A stretch of 64,000 bases of DNA from Octopus sinensis (GCF_006345805.1 NC_043003.1:620001-684000); one strand, 5' to 3'. Counted from the first letter of the stretch, positions 35,728 to 48,534 are shown. Notes: generated from the letters alone by a model not told the origin. Numbers and translations: made by a program.

Positions 35728-35885
35728 TACGATGGGCTTCTTCCAGTTTCCATCTACCAAATCCACTCACAAGGCTTTGGTTGGCTATAGTAGAAGACAG
35801 TTGCCCAAGGTGCCACGCAGTGGGACTGAACCCAGAACCATGTAGTTCATAAGCAAGCTACTTACCACACAGCCACTCCTGCACT
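35465..35885 (-). mobile_element. SINE type B, full length
   Basis: Head GGAGTGGCTGTGTGGTAAG (reverse complement at 35860-35885); tail AAGTAAAAGAGTAAAAAGAG. Confidence 0.85.
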
Positions 35886-36495
35886 TGTTCATTTATTTCC
35901 GATTTTCTACAACTAATGCCCACATTCAGATTTTCATACAAACTCTTACAATCAGGTTTTGCTACTCTCAAAGTGCAGTCAAATTTTTTATCCTTTATTC
36001 GTTTCAGTGATTAGTCTAATCACTGAGGCCAGAATTTTAGTCAAACAAATCAACCTCAGTACTTATTTTATTTTTTAGCCTGGTTCCTATTCTTGGGGTC
36101 TCTTTTGCCAAACTGCTAAGTCACAGGGACATAAACACACCCACACCAGTTCTGAAGTGGTGGAGGTGGACAAACACACAAAGACACAGATGGTAGGATC
36201 CTTTCAGTTTCTGTCTACCAAATCCATTCACAAGGCTTTGATTAGCCTGGGGTTATTGTAGAAAGTACTTGCCCAAGGTTCCACGCAGAGGGACTGAACC
36301 TAGAACCAGGTGGTTGGGAAGCAAACTTCTTACCACACAGCCATGCCTGCATTATTTCATTTCTTTAAAAATTAGTGTTACTGATGTGTCAACGCGTCAG
36401 CACAAAGTGTTAGTAATGTGCGTTAGTATGGAATGTCACAGTTTTGCACTGATTGGTGACGTTAATAACTGTGACCCCAAGGAAACAATACTCAC

Positions 36496-36579
36496 CTCCA
36501 ACACTGCAATACCACAGCCGACACCTATCAGAATATCCAAGTGCTTACTGATCCAGCTTGCCATCTCATCTCGACATCC
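36496..36579 (-). CDS. Tetraspanin exon 7 (GCRDEMASWISKHLDILIGVGCGIAVLE)
   Basis: TTGTTTTGTAG acceptor, GAG|GTGAGT donor; final EC2 Cys (GC) and start of TM4. Confidence 0.93.
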
Positions 36580-36875
36580 CTACAAAACAAGGGTTGAATT
36601 CAGGTCTGTTAGTGTTAGTGGACCTTATAAAAATATTTTTAAGATTTACAAAAATCATTTTGTGATTTAGAAAAACCTTTGAGATTTATTACAAAGATAA
36701 TAAATCTTTTTGGTGAAATCAAAAAGATCTGATGACAGAAATGAACTCTTGTACAAAACAAATGTTTGATCCCTAGAAACGAATCATTTGTGTCGATTGT
36801 TCAACAAGAAGCTGCAATCCCCTCATCTATTATTTACAACAGAAGAGTCCATCTATTAAATAACTGTAGACCTAC

Positions 36876-36980
36876 CTTACTGTTGTACTCTGAGCCCATG
36901 TTAACGCAGTCGTTCTCATCAACATACTCAGGGTCCAGAGGGTTGTTGTTTGACATCTTACAGCAAGACCTAGGCAGTTT
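36876..36980 (-). CDS. Tetraspanin exon 6 (KLPRSCCKMSNNNPLDPEYVDENDCVNMGSEYNSK)
   Basis: TTTTCTTTTTATCAG acceptor, AAG|GTAGGT donor; PxSCC motif. Confidence 0.93.
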
Positions 36981-37599
36981 CTGATAAAAAGAAAACATAC
37001 TTTATTATTTTAATTCCAAAAATAATATTTATTATCATTATTAAAATTATCACCATTATAATTAACATTTGACTTCATTTTGTTACTGCCATGCAATTAT
37101 TATTTCTTGAATAAAATGCCAATTATTGTCAGGAAAGAGGTATCGTTGACTGTATCATCTGCAGTATATTACTGGTATTGTTTTTCTTAACTCTGACAAC
37201 TAATTCAATATAATAATCATTTGTTTTTACATACTGTTTAAAAATTTATGGCCTTGTGCCTATGTTAGAAATTAACCCTGACCGAATGAAAGACAAAAAT
37301 CAATTGAAATGGTTTTGAACTAAAAGAAAAACCAAGATGTTGTTTTTTAACATTGGTCCACTGTCATCTGCTTTAGTAGACACCAGCACTTGGTATTGTG
37401 GTTTCTCCAGTTAACACTGCCAGGACTTGGTATGGTGGGTCCTCTCGTTGAGACCACAGTACTTGCTATAAGCTATAAAAGTTCTACCTGTCAGTATTTG
37501 TGCTTCAAATCAGTTTTATGAGGTGAGTCTTCGTCACGAAGGAAGTGGCAATTTCTATGTGGCTGCTGTTAGTTGATTTTCTGACTTAGACCCAGCTTG

Positions 37600-38170
37600 C
37601 CACGTGCCAGGGTGGATTTATTGTTGTGAAGAATTCAGACATTATTAAGATTACCTGCACGGAATCGTATGACAGACCAACAACATCAACAATGTCCTCG
37701 ATTGTCATACAATGATCCTCACACACAAGCTGATGGATTTTCTCTACATTTCTGGGAGGTGATACTTTTGGCAGGTCTTCCAGATTGCTCATAGTCTTCC
37801 AGGGACATTCTTCAGCTTTTGAAGCGCCTGTGCCACTTGAAACATTGCATACGACCCATTGCCTTGTCGCTGTAAGCTTGCCAAAGAATGCTCAAAGCCT
37901 CTCTGTAGCAGACTTCCCAAGTTTAATGCAAAATTTCATGTTGGCTCTTTGTACCATCTTCCTGTCCTTGACAAAAATCACAGACTACAGCAACCAGGTG
38001 ATCACAAAAACACAAATTTCACAACTTATGAAGTATAAACAGCAATGTCACTCAGCACACTGCCTCGTGAAGGTCACTGCTAGCTCTCATGTATACACAA
38101 TCATGTGCTGCCATCTCTTGGCATGCTATAGTCTTTGCAGCTTTAATAATAAAGCATATTACTCTACCTC
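37600..38170 (-). mobile_element. mariner-type transposase remnant (HTH region)
   Basis: NVEKIHQLVCEDHCMTIEDIVDVVGLSYDSVQVIL, preceded by a frameshifted SGRP motif. Confidence 0.7.
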
Positions 38171-38514
38171 TGGTATTTGAATACTATTTTTCCCACCTGG
38201 TTTCTGCCAAATAAACACACACACACACACACACACACTATATTCATTCTTCAGTCGTTTATTAACGATGACAGGGAGCAAGTGAGAGAATAAAAGGAAA
38301 AGCAGATCCATTTCAAGCGCGGTCTCTAGAATTTTTTGAAGGGAAGGCACAAGGTCAGAACGGAGTACAATTCCAGGAGAAAAATGGAATAATAACATTA
38401 TTTAGAAGGGTGCCCTTCTTTTCTTGAGATGGTCATGTGGCCCTCAGGCCCCTATCCCTTGGGTTCATCCCTGCATTTTTTGACTAACATCAAATGTGAG
38501 AAAGACCGATGCTG

Positions 38515-38576
38515 GAAGAGGAAATGAAGAGGAAATGAAGAGGAAATGAAGAGGAAATGAAGAGGAAATGAAGAGA
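38515..38576. repeat. 11-bp minisatellite (GAAGAGGAAAT), about 5.5 copies
   Basis: Read directly; lies just inside the intron after the exon 5 donor. Confidence 0.9.
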
Positions 38577-38592
38577 TGTTCATCACACTCAC

Positions 38593-38667
38593 CACAGTCC
38601 TGTTGAGGCTTTCATACCATGTGCTGTTGATGTAGTCCCTTGCGCCCAAGGCTCCACAGCACTTACC
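38593..38667 (-). CDS. Tetraspanin exon 5 (GKCCGALGARDYINSTWYESLNRTV)
   Basis: CTATTTTCAG acceptor, GTG|GTGAGT donor; CCG signature; N-glycosylation sequons NST and NRT. Confidence 0.95.
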
Positions 38668-38754
38668 CTGAAAATAGCAGACACAAAGAAATCGTTAACC
38701 CTCCGTTAAAAGATGGTTACCCAATGAGAATTATACAGGAATAAAAAAAAATTA

Positions 38755-38765
38755 ATAGAGAGAGA

Positions 38766-38809
<44 letters not shown>

Positions 38810-39090
38810 AGAGAGGAAGGGAGAAAGTGAAGGAGAAAGAGAGAGAGAGAGAGAAAGGAGAGAGGGTGGGAAAGAGAAAAGAGAAAGAGAGAAAAGGAGA
38901 AAGAGAAAGAGAGAGAGCAGTAAGACAAAGAAAAGAGAGAGAGAAGGGAGAGAGAGAAGGGAGACAGAGAGAAAGAGAGATAAAGGAGAGAGGGAGAGGT
39001 AAGGGCGAGAAAGAGAGGGAGAGATAAGGAAGGGTGTGTGAGAGAAAGAGAGAGGCATCTAAGAAAGTGAAAGAGAGAAGGAGAAAAAGA
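38755..39090. repeat. Polypurine (GA-rich) tract
   Basis: About 330 nt almost entirely G/A on +. Confidence 0.85.
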
Positions 39091-39150
39091 GAGGCTTGTG
39101 TGTTGGGGGGAGGGGAAAGACAGTGGTCGGAGAATGCGTTTGTTGCTCAC

Positions 39151-39258
39151 CTCCATCTGAATAATATCCCAAGTTGCTGAAGTAACTTGGTGGGTGGCGG
39201 TGCCGTATTTTGTCTTGACAAACTTCTGCAGGTTACTAGCCAGGTTTTCACCAAGAAT
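39151..39258 (-). CDS. Tetraspanin exon 4 (ILGENLASNLQKFVKTKYGTATHQVTSATWDIIQME)
   Basis: TTTTGGTTGCAG acceptor, GAG|GTGAGC donor; EC2 helices with YG and WD..Q motifs. Confidence 0.93.
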
Positions 39259-39998
39259 CTGCAACCAAAAAGACCAAACAATAACATCATCATCATCATC
39301 ATCACCACCATCGTTTAACATCCACTTTCCATGCTGGCATGGGTTGGATGGTTTCAGGGGAGCCAGCCAGGCAGGAGCGTGCACCAGACATCTGTGTCTG
39401 TTTTCACAGGGTTTTTACGGCTGGATGCCCTTCCAAATGCCAACCACTTTACAATGTGGGCTGGATGCTTTTTATGTGGCATCAGCATTTAATTTCATCA
39501 TCATTTAATTTCCGTTTCCCATGCTGGCATGGGTTGGATGCTTTGACATGAGATGCAAGGCTAGAAGCCACACAAGGCTCCATTTATCTGTTTTGATAAG
39601 GTTTCACAGCTTCCTTTCCTAATGCCAACCACTTTACAGAGTGTACTGCATGCTTTTTACATGGCACCAACATGACTCATATTGAGTCACATGTTTGGCA
39701 ACATGTAAGAACCAAATTCTAAAGAGAACAATATAACAGTCTCCAGAAAAACAGGTTTAATTAAGAATTGAAAAGATCAGTGAAACATTTCACCTCCATC
39801 TTTTACTTTAATAATTCATCCATTCAGCATCTCTGCCAGATATTCCTGGGAAGGTTGCAAGGGTAAAGTCCTCAGGCATCTCCCCCTTAGGGTCCTATCT
39901 GAAGCAATCATCACTGTTCTTTCCAACTGGATTCTCAAACATGGTCAAATGAGACACCAGGGATATTATCTATCACAGCAGCAGAAGCAGGAGATGTG

Positions 39999-40696
39999 GA
40001 TCTTTTCCTTTTGAACGGCACTTTTCATCACAATTTCTAGTTAACTAAACACTTTAAAACTTTGTATACTGGTAGAATGTGTCAAAAGAAAACATTTTTT
40101 TCTCTTGGTTTTCTTGAGAAAATTGTAATTTGTAAGCTTAATGTAGTTTAATTTTTCGAATTTTAACCAATCGTATACCCTCTATTAAGCTAAAATCATT
40201 TGCTGCGTCTAAAACTGAGACAACATCCTGTCACTATCCCTAAACCTCACCCTAACCCTAAATTTTAGCCTTTCGTTTTTTTTTTCTTAATTGTTAAATT
40301 AATTTAATTGTTACGCGTGTCTAAAATTATTCGTTTTGTTTTTGTTTTGAGTTTTTGCTTTCGTTTTAGCCTTTCGGTTTTTCTTCTTAATAGTTATTCT
40401 TAAATTAATTTAACAATTAAGAAAAAAAAAACCAAAGGCTAAAATTTAGGGTTAGGGTTAGTGACGGGATGTTGTTTCAGTTTTAGATGCAGCAAATGAT
40501 TTTAGCTTAATAGAGGGTATACGATTGGTTAAAATTTGAAAAATTAAACTACGTTAAACTTACAAATTACAATTTTCTCAAGAAAGCCAAGAGGAAAAAA
40601 TGTTTTATTTTGACACATTCTACCAGTATACGAAGTTTAAAAGTGTTTAGTTAACTAGAAATTGTGATGAAAAGTGCCGTTCAAACGGAAAAGATC
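39999..40696. mobile_element. Foldback / MITE with inverted arms of about 300 bp containing TTAGGG repeats
   Basis: 39999-40306 is the reverse complement of 40401-40696 (GATCTTTTCC...TGAACGGCAC / GTGCCGTTCAAACGGAAAAGATC). Confidence 0.9.
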
Positions 40697-41545
40697 TGGA
40701 GATGTTGTTCAAGTATGAAATCCTTCCTAATAAAATCGGTTTAGGATCAAAAACATTGACTATCCAAAATTTTTTATATTTTTCCGGCACAAAATTCCAT
40801 TATCCAATGTGTCCTTTCTTCTAAGACAGTAGAGTGTAAATTAAGGGAGGTTTTGCTGCCATTTCTAGCAAACTGAGCTCCAAAGTTCATAGGTTTGACT
40901 GTATCGTACTAATCGCAGAACTAATCGCAGAAACCATTGTTCAATCAAGAAAGATAACTCTAAATTATTTTTATGAGTTATTTCCCTTGACCAATCGCAA
41001 GAATCCGGTTTCTCTTTCGTTTCTTCTTCACACCCACATCGACAAGAACAACGACTCGAGAGAAGAGAAGTGATTTGAAGTGGGAAGAAATATTAAGACA
41101 TTGAACATATGCGTCTAGGAATTTGCATAATCTAAAAACTTGAAACAAGAAAGTGGGTTAGCATCATCAGGTGAGATTAATTAATAAAATTCTAAACGAG
41201 ATTTATACCGTTGTTGATAATAGAAAATACACTTTCAAAAACATAATAAATCAGCCGAGCTCCTGTTTGCGAAGTTGGGCCACCCATAGCCTATTTTCTT
41301 AATTGTTTCCTTTTTAGCGTTATTATTTCAATCAATAATATTTCCAATTAAAGAATAATATTTAAACGAAATAATAAAAAATATGCAAGAAGGAAAAGAA
41401 AAAAAAGAATTAAGTAACGAAAAGAAGGGGGAGGGGGGACACACCCTTCGTTCCAGTCTGATCGGTGACCCCTGATATTCATTCCTGTAGACAAATTTGA
41501 ATCCAGACGTTTTCTTCTATGTGGCCGAATAATAAGATTTACTTA

Positions 41546-41976
41546 AATATTATTATTATTATTATTATTATTATTGAGTGAGAGAGCAGTTCATGCCATC
41601 AAAGTGACATTGGGGTAAAATATACATACAAAGCCCAGTATACCCATCATGACTACCCGTCTGATAAGGGTACACCAGGCATATGTATCACAACTATATG
41701 TGCACAACATGGTGATCTCATATCAAGATAAATAGCGCATGACCTTGCAGGTAGGGCTCAGTTAGGATTTTCTACAGGTCGAGTAACCCATCCCGCTCAA
41801 AAGGTCCCTGAATAAGGGTTGTTTAAGGATGATGAACGAAACACACATGTTTCCAAGGGTGAATTATCCAAACGCTAAAGAATCCCTCTCAACATATGGC
41901 TATGATGCTCTCCCACAACTTCTGTCCGGGATCAGAGATGCACGTATCGTCAGCCACTAAGGGACATGCTCAACTG
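41546..41976 (-). mobile_element. Non-coding element ending in (AAT)n, same polarity as the Dong element
   Basis: Reverse complement ends ...GAACTGCTCTCTCACTC|AATAATAAT; GC-balanced, non-SINE body. Confidence 0.5.
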
Positions 41977-42807
41977 TATTTTTTTTTTTAGATTCTCTGG
42001 GTTTCTTTCAATTAATTTTAAATAGAACAAAGAATTTAGTAAAATAACTTCATTATCATTAAGCTAGTGTTAGGAACATAAATTGTGACTTAGGTTTGGT
42101 GGAAGATTTTAATTCAAAACTTATGAAAACAAGACATTTGTACTCAAAGCCAGAGCCAGTTTCAGCCGGGTTGGTATCAAAAGGGTTAAGGCATTACAAA
42201 CTTTTTACTTAATATTTGCTGCTGAAATTGGGGTTTATTTCATATGCCCAAGGGTCTTTTATGCCATCAAATAGGTAATGGCTAGGTATTTTATTGCTAA
42301 TCAAACCAAACAGATTTAAAGGGGGGGGGTGCAGTAATTAAAACATAAGACATGCAAGCAAATGAGAGAGCCCGGATGGAATCACTTGTCCAGCTAGCAA
42401 TAGCAGTGAAAAATCCCTCAACTACTATTGCAGTATTTTGGTGGGGAAGAAAGGGCACAATGAATAACATGATCCTTGATACACTAAGTCCCTGACCTCC
42501 CTTCCCTCACTAAATGGGGTGGTCATGGCTGGATTGCTTTTTAATTGTAGGTCTGTTTAATGAGAGCTGACTTGAAAGTTGAACAACAATTACAAGAGCA
42601 CACATGCATGCACCCCCCCCTCTAATCCAGACACGCTCAGATACACACACACATACATGTACGTATGCACACACGCATGTACACACATACGCAAGCACAT
42701 ACACTCGCATGCATGCACGTATGCACTCACACACACTCATGTGTTTGCAACCATATGTGAACCCAGTGAGCATTTACAAGGTGCTGCAATATAAAAAGCC
42801 TACAAAC

Positions 42808-42882
42808 CTCCTTCTTATAAAGGGCAGCCAAGATCCCTGCAGCCAGTTCTCCAGCCATGATGCACAGCAAGAAGAAGAAATA
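42808..42882 (-). CDS. Tetraspanin exon 3 (YFFFLLCIMAGELAAGILAALYKKE), TM3
   Basis: TTCTTTTCTGTTTCAG acceptor, GAG|GTTTGT donor; polar E in TM3. Confidence 0.93.
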
Positions 42883-43049
42883 CTGAAACAGAAAAGAACA
42901 AAGAAATAGAAAAACTACAGAAATTATCAAAAAATTATTATTCAGTGAGCAAAGGATTTGATCTCAGGACTCTAGGTTTATTTTGATTTTATTTTTCAGG
43001 ATGAAAGGTAAAGTGCACCTCAGTGATATATAAAGAGTGGCGATATATT

Positions 43050-43613
43050 AAGGAGGCGAGGAGCTGGCAGAATGGTTAGCACGCTGGGCGAAAGGCTTAG
43101 CGGTATTTCGTCTGCTGCTACGTTCTGAGTTCAGTTCAAATTCTGCCGAGGTCGACATTGCTTTTCATCCTCTTGGGGTTGATTAAATAAGTACCAGTTA
43201 CATACTGGGGTTGATGTACTCGACCTAATCCCTTTGTCTGTCCTTGTTTGATTCCTCTGTGTTTAACCCCTTGTGGGCAATGAAGAAATAAATATAAAGA
43301 GTGGCAAGAAATCCCATGAAGCATTTTGTCTGACCTGCTAACGAAGACAGGCTAACGATGATTGCCAGCTTGCTGCATTTACTCTTTTACTTGTTTCAGT
43401 CATTTGACTGCGACCATGCTGGAGCACCAGCTTTAGTCGAGCAAATCGACCCCAGGACTTATTCTTTGTAAGCCTAGTACTTATTCTATTGGTCTGTTTT
43501 GCCGAACCACTAAGCGATGGGGGACATAAACACACCAGCAATGGTTGTCAAGTGATGGTGAGGGGAAGAAAAACAGACACACAAACACATACATACATAC
43601 ATACATACATACA

Positions 43614-43696
<83 letters not shown>

Positions 43697-46180
43697 TTGA
43701 TGGGCTTCTTTCAGTTTCTCTCTACCAAATCCACTCAAAAGGCTTTGGTCAGCCCGAGGCTATAGTAGAAAACACTTGCCCAAGGTGCGAGGCAGTGGGA
43801 CTGAACCTGGAACCATGTCGTAAGTTTTGGGGAGGTGGGGGCAGTCGATTGGATTGATCCCAGTATGCAACAACTATCATCTTATGTCAACACACACACA
43901 CACGTACAATAGGCTTCTCTCTGTTTCTCTGTACCAAACCCGCTCACAAGGCTTTGGTCAGCCTGGTGCCCTAGTAGATGGCACTTGCCGAAGGTGCCAT
44001 GCACTGGAATTGAACCCAAGCCAACATGTAGCTGCAGTTCTTGCTATTTTGGAATGACATTCGCATTAACTGCACACCCTTCTCCAACTCATTTACTTAC
44101 GTCTGTGTTCTGCAACAAACAGGGATTTACACATTTAATCTTAACCCTCAGCCTTTTTGTCTTTCCATAAAAGGTAACCATGAAAGGTTTTTAGCATTTT
44201 ATTATCTGAGTCAGATATTTCAGGTGGCAAGATGGCAGAACCGTTAGCATGCCGGGAAAAATGCTTAGCAGTATTTCATCGGGCTTTACGTTCTGAGCTC
44301 AAATTCTGCCAAGGTCAACTTTGCCTTTCATCCTTTCGGTGTCAATAAATTAAGTACCAGTTGTGTACTGAGGTTGATCTTATCGACTGGACCCCTCCCC
44401 ACCAAATTTTGGGCCTTGTGCCTAGAGTAGAAAAGATTATTGGAATAACAGAGGCAGTGATCCCCTCATCATATTATTAATTAAACACATAGTTAATTAA
44501 TAATTATTTTAACAAGGTGAGCTTGCAGAAACATTAGCATGCCAGGTGAAAGGCTTAGCGGTATTTCGTCTGCCACTACGTTCTGAGTTCAAATTCCGCT
44601 GAGGTCGACTTTGACTTTCATCTTTTCGGGTTGATAAATCAAGTACCAGTTGCATACTGGGGTCGATGTAGTCAACCTAACCCCTCCCCCAAACTTTCAG
44701 GCCTTGTGCCTTTAGTAGAAAGGATTATCTCTGTCATATAATATTTTGTGGTGAACGCACATGGCTTAGTGGTGAGGGTGTTGCACTCCTGATCATAAGA
44801 TGGTGGTTTTCAATTCCTGGACTGGGCAATGCATTGTGTTCTTGAGCAAAACTCTTCATTGCTCCAGTCCATTCATCTGGCAAAAATGAGTGACCCTGCA
44901 ATGAACTGACCTTCCATTCAAGGGTGATGTTGTGATCTTGGTCACTTATATGCCAGGGAAGCTGGGTTCCAGGCCCCATGAGTCCTTAGGACATTGAAAC
45001 AGTAATATCCATGTATCTGTGAACAACAGCATCATTAGTTGTAGTTTCCTGGTAGGTTAATCACTGGTTCACAGCGAAGGCTAAATGTAAAAACCTTATC
45101 TTCAGGGTGAGCCAGATTCATGACTCACTTATTCTTTTCTACTCTAGGAACAAGGCCCAAGATTTTGGGGGAGTGAGGACAGTCGATTAGATCAACCCCA
45201 GTACACAACTGGTACTTAATCTATCAATCCCGAAAGGAGGAAAGGCAAAGTTGACCTCAGCAGAATTTGAACTCAGAACGTAAAGACAGATGAAATCCCA
45301 CTGAGCAGCTCCCCTGGCGTGCTAACGTTTCTGCCAGCTCCCCCCGCCTTATCCAAGCCCAAATATTCTTTCCTACTCTAAGCACAAGGCCCAAAATATT
45401 TGGGGAGCAGGGGCAGTCAATTAGATTGACCCCAGTACGTAACTGGTACTTCATTTATCGATCCTGAAAAGATGAACGGCAAAGTTGACCTCGGCGGAAT
45501 TTGAACTCAGAATGTAAAGACAGACAAACTCCCACTAAGCGTCTTTCCCAGCGTGCTCATGTTTCTACCAGCTCCTCCCACCTTTCCATGACTCACTAAT
45601 TAATTATATTTCTTAATATGCGTATTAGTGAATATTGATATTTCAATAAATATAACTGACAAGGGAGTCATGAATTCCGGTCCACCCTCTACTAGTTCTG
45701 ATCTCCAAGAAAATGTCTTCAGTATTCAGATTCCTCTGTCGAATGTAATTTATTCATGTGTATTGTTTTCGATTCATCATTCAAAGGAGTGGCTGTGTGG
45801 TAACTAGCTTGTTTACCAACCACATGGTTCCAGGTTCCGCCCCACTGCATGGCACCTTGGGGGCAAGTGTCTTCTACTATAGCCTCAGGCTGACCAAATC
45901 CTTGTGAGTGGATTTGGTAGACGGAAACTGAAAGAAGCCCGTTGTATATATGTATACATACATATGTGTGTGTGTGTGTGTGTGTGTGTTTGTCCCCACC
46001 AATGTCACTTGACAACCGAAGCTGGTGTGCTAACGTCCCCATAACTTAGCGGTTCTGCAACAGAGACCATTAGAATAAGTACTAGGCTCACAAAGACTGA
46101 GTCCTGGGGTTGACTTGCTCGACTAAATGCGGTGTTCCAGCATGGCCACAGTCAAAATGACTGAAACAAGTAAAAGAATC
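43050..46180. mobile_element. Dense SINE cluster: type A (43050+, 44223+, 44515+, 45131-, 45363-), type B (43375-, 43900-, 45785+), type D (44750+)
   Basis: Recognisable heads, B boxes and tails for each copy; boundaries approximate. Confidence 0.8.
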
Positions 46181-46272
46181 CATCCTATCATAGCTCTGAG
46201 AAGACGGGTCTGACCAGTTTGGACACAAGTAGAATATGTTTTGGCTTGATATGGTTGGTTTAAATTCTAAAG

Positions 46273-46565
46273 CAGTGGTTCTCAGTCAGGGTCCATATGG
46301 TCCTTGGTGGTAGTGGGGGGTCCACATGGCCCTTGGTGAGTGGGGGTGGATCCATATAAGATTTTGTTGTTAAAATATATCTACAATAAATTTGTTATAC
46401 TTCTACGATGCACAAAATATTTTGACAGTTTTTTAATGGAATTTCTAATAATTTTTATTTATAAAAATATAATAGGATTATTTTAAACATCAAATAACTA
46501 TGAGGGTTCACCTGAGTAAAATAGGAACCAAAAGGGTCCTTAGATAAGAAAGGGTTAAGCACTGC
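46273..46565. mobile_element. hAT (Charlie-like) MITE, degenerate right end
   Basis: Left TIR CAGTGGTTCTCA after TTCTAAAG; right end ...GGTTAAGCACTG; TSD not cleanly preserved. Confidence 0.55.
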
Positions 46566-46673
46566 TATATTAAAGAGTTGAGCAACTCTGCTGCTTTCTT
46601 GGATGTACAAAGAAGAAGAAGAGAGAGATTGATATAAGAAGAAAAGAAGGAAGATAAACTAGCAATGACTTAC

Positions 46674-46880
46674 GAATCCAAGGAGACACTTGCTCTTCCG
46701 GATTGCCCCACAGCATCCACAGAATCCAACCAGGAAAACAAATACACCAAACGCTATTAAGATGTAGGAGGATGTCCTGAAGTACGGGTCTTCCGTTTCC
46801 ACCGTTATCTCAAACCGGTTTACGATGTTGGGGTCAACAACCATCCATACTCCGACCCCAAGGATGGCCACTCCGGACAA
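46674..46880 (-). CDS. Tetraspanin exon 2 (LSGVAILGVGVW...FLVGFCGCCGAIRKSKCLLGF): TM1 end, EC1, TM2
   Basis: TTTTTATACTTGCAG acceptor, TTC|GTAAGT donor; GFxGCCGAxRxSKCLL signature. Confidence 0.96.
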
Positions 46881-47637
46881 CTGCAAGTATAAAAATAAAA
46901 CCAATAACGGTCGATGTCATTACAAAATTATAATTGCTTTCACAATTAATTTCCTTTTTAGAGAGAAAATAATTATTTACATTAGGTTTTGACAAGCTTG
47001 GTCTTTAATTATAATCAGATGCCTTACGCCTGGATGTCTACAGGGTTTCTGACTGGATTTGAACTCAGAATATTTATTTAAACTCATCCAAGAATAAAAC
47101 ACCTTATCTTATTTCAGTTACTGGACTGTGGCCATGCTGGGGCACTGCCTTGGTGAGTTTAATCTCCACTTTTCCATGCTTGCTTGGGTCAAGCGGAATT
47201 TGTTGGGATAGATCTTCTACAGCCGGATGTCCTTCCTCTCACCAATGTTCACAGTTTCCAAGCAAGGTAACATTTCCCCATGACCAGACATGGGAAAATT
47301 GGAAATGAACGACCTCACTTGTATGACAGTGATGCTTGTTTACAACCATCCCATGATGTAAAGACAAGGCTACACACACAGACACACACACACACACACA
47401 ATAGAAAGGATTTCAAATGATTTCTAGTGTCATAAAATATATCTCAACCAGTTTTTTTGTCTTGGAATGTAACAGACTCTTCATAAGTGGTTTATGCCAG
47501 GCTTGGTTGTATGGTTAAGATGCTTGCTTCCTAACCATGTCATCTCAGGTTCAATCTCACCCTGTGACATTTTGCTATAGTTTCAGGTTGATAAAACCTT
47601 GTGAGTGAATTTGGTACATGGAAACTGGAAGAAGCCT

Positions 47638-47659
<22 letters not shown>

Positions 47660-47675
<16 letters not shown>

Positions 47676-47985
47676 AGTGGCACGTAAAAAGCACCATCCA
47701 ATCATGGCTGTTGCCAGCCTCGCCTGGCCCCCGTGCCGGTGGCACGTAAAAATCACCATTGGTCCATGGCCGTTTGCCAGACTCATCTGGCACCTGTGCC
47801 GGTGGCATGTAAATAGCACCTACTACACTCACAGAGTGGTTGGCGTTAGGAAGGGCATCCAGCTGTAGAAACATTGCCAGATCAGACTGGAGCCTGGTGC
47901 AGCCTTCTGGCTTCCCAGACCCCAGTTGAACCGTCCAACCCATGCTAGCATGGAAAGCGGACGCTAAATGATGATGATGATGATG
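47660..47985 (+). mobile_element. RTE 3'UTR module with 3 hairpin units, fused behind a SINE-B head
   Basis: SINE-B head at 47490-47660, (TA)n, then GTGCCGGTGGCACGTAAAAA units and (GAT)n tail. Confidence 0.75.
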
Positions 47986-48534
47986 ATATATATATAAAAT
48001 CTGCCTCAGCAAATTCCATTTGCATCGTGCAAGCATGGAATAGTGGATGTTAAATAACGATGTCAAATTTAGAGAGCAGAACATGTGACTTAATTACATT
48101 TGACAGGAAGAAATTCCAATCAGGATAAAATAAATTCCAGTTGCCCAGTTTGCTAAACAATCGAAATCTTAAACTCTAATTCACTCGGGTTAAATAAAAC
48201 TTTAACTCAAGTTCCAATGTAATAAATCTCCAGCACAAAACTAAACGAATTTACCGACCCTAATTGGAGGACTTCCAAACCACTGCAGTTCATTGCATCG
48301 CTGCAATAAGCTGTGGAGTGTGGAAAATAGCAGAGCAGGCATTTTATTCATTTGTTTGCTTAAACTATAAAGCTGACTTTGTAATTGTTATAGAGCAGCA
48401 ATGAAGTAGTTTTCTCTGTTGACTCATCAATAAACCATTTCTCTACCGATGAACTCACAAAATTGTCCAGACGAGAGCCTTAACCCTTTTGCGTTCAATT
48501 TATTCTGTCAAATGAAAATCTTATAAACATTCAT

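Noticed and set aside
40245-40460. TTAGGG / CCCTAA as an interstitial telomere
   Set aside because: Only 2-3 units, embedded symmetrically in the arms of a foldback element.
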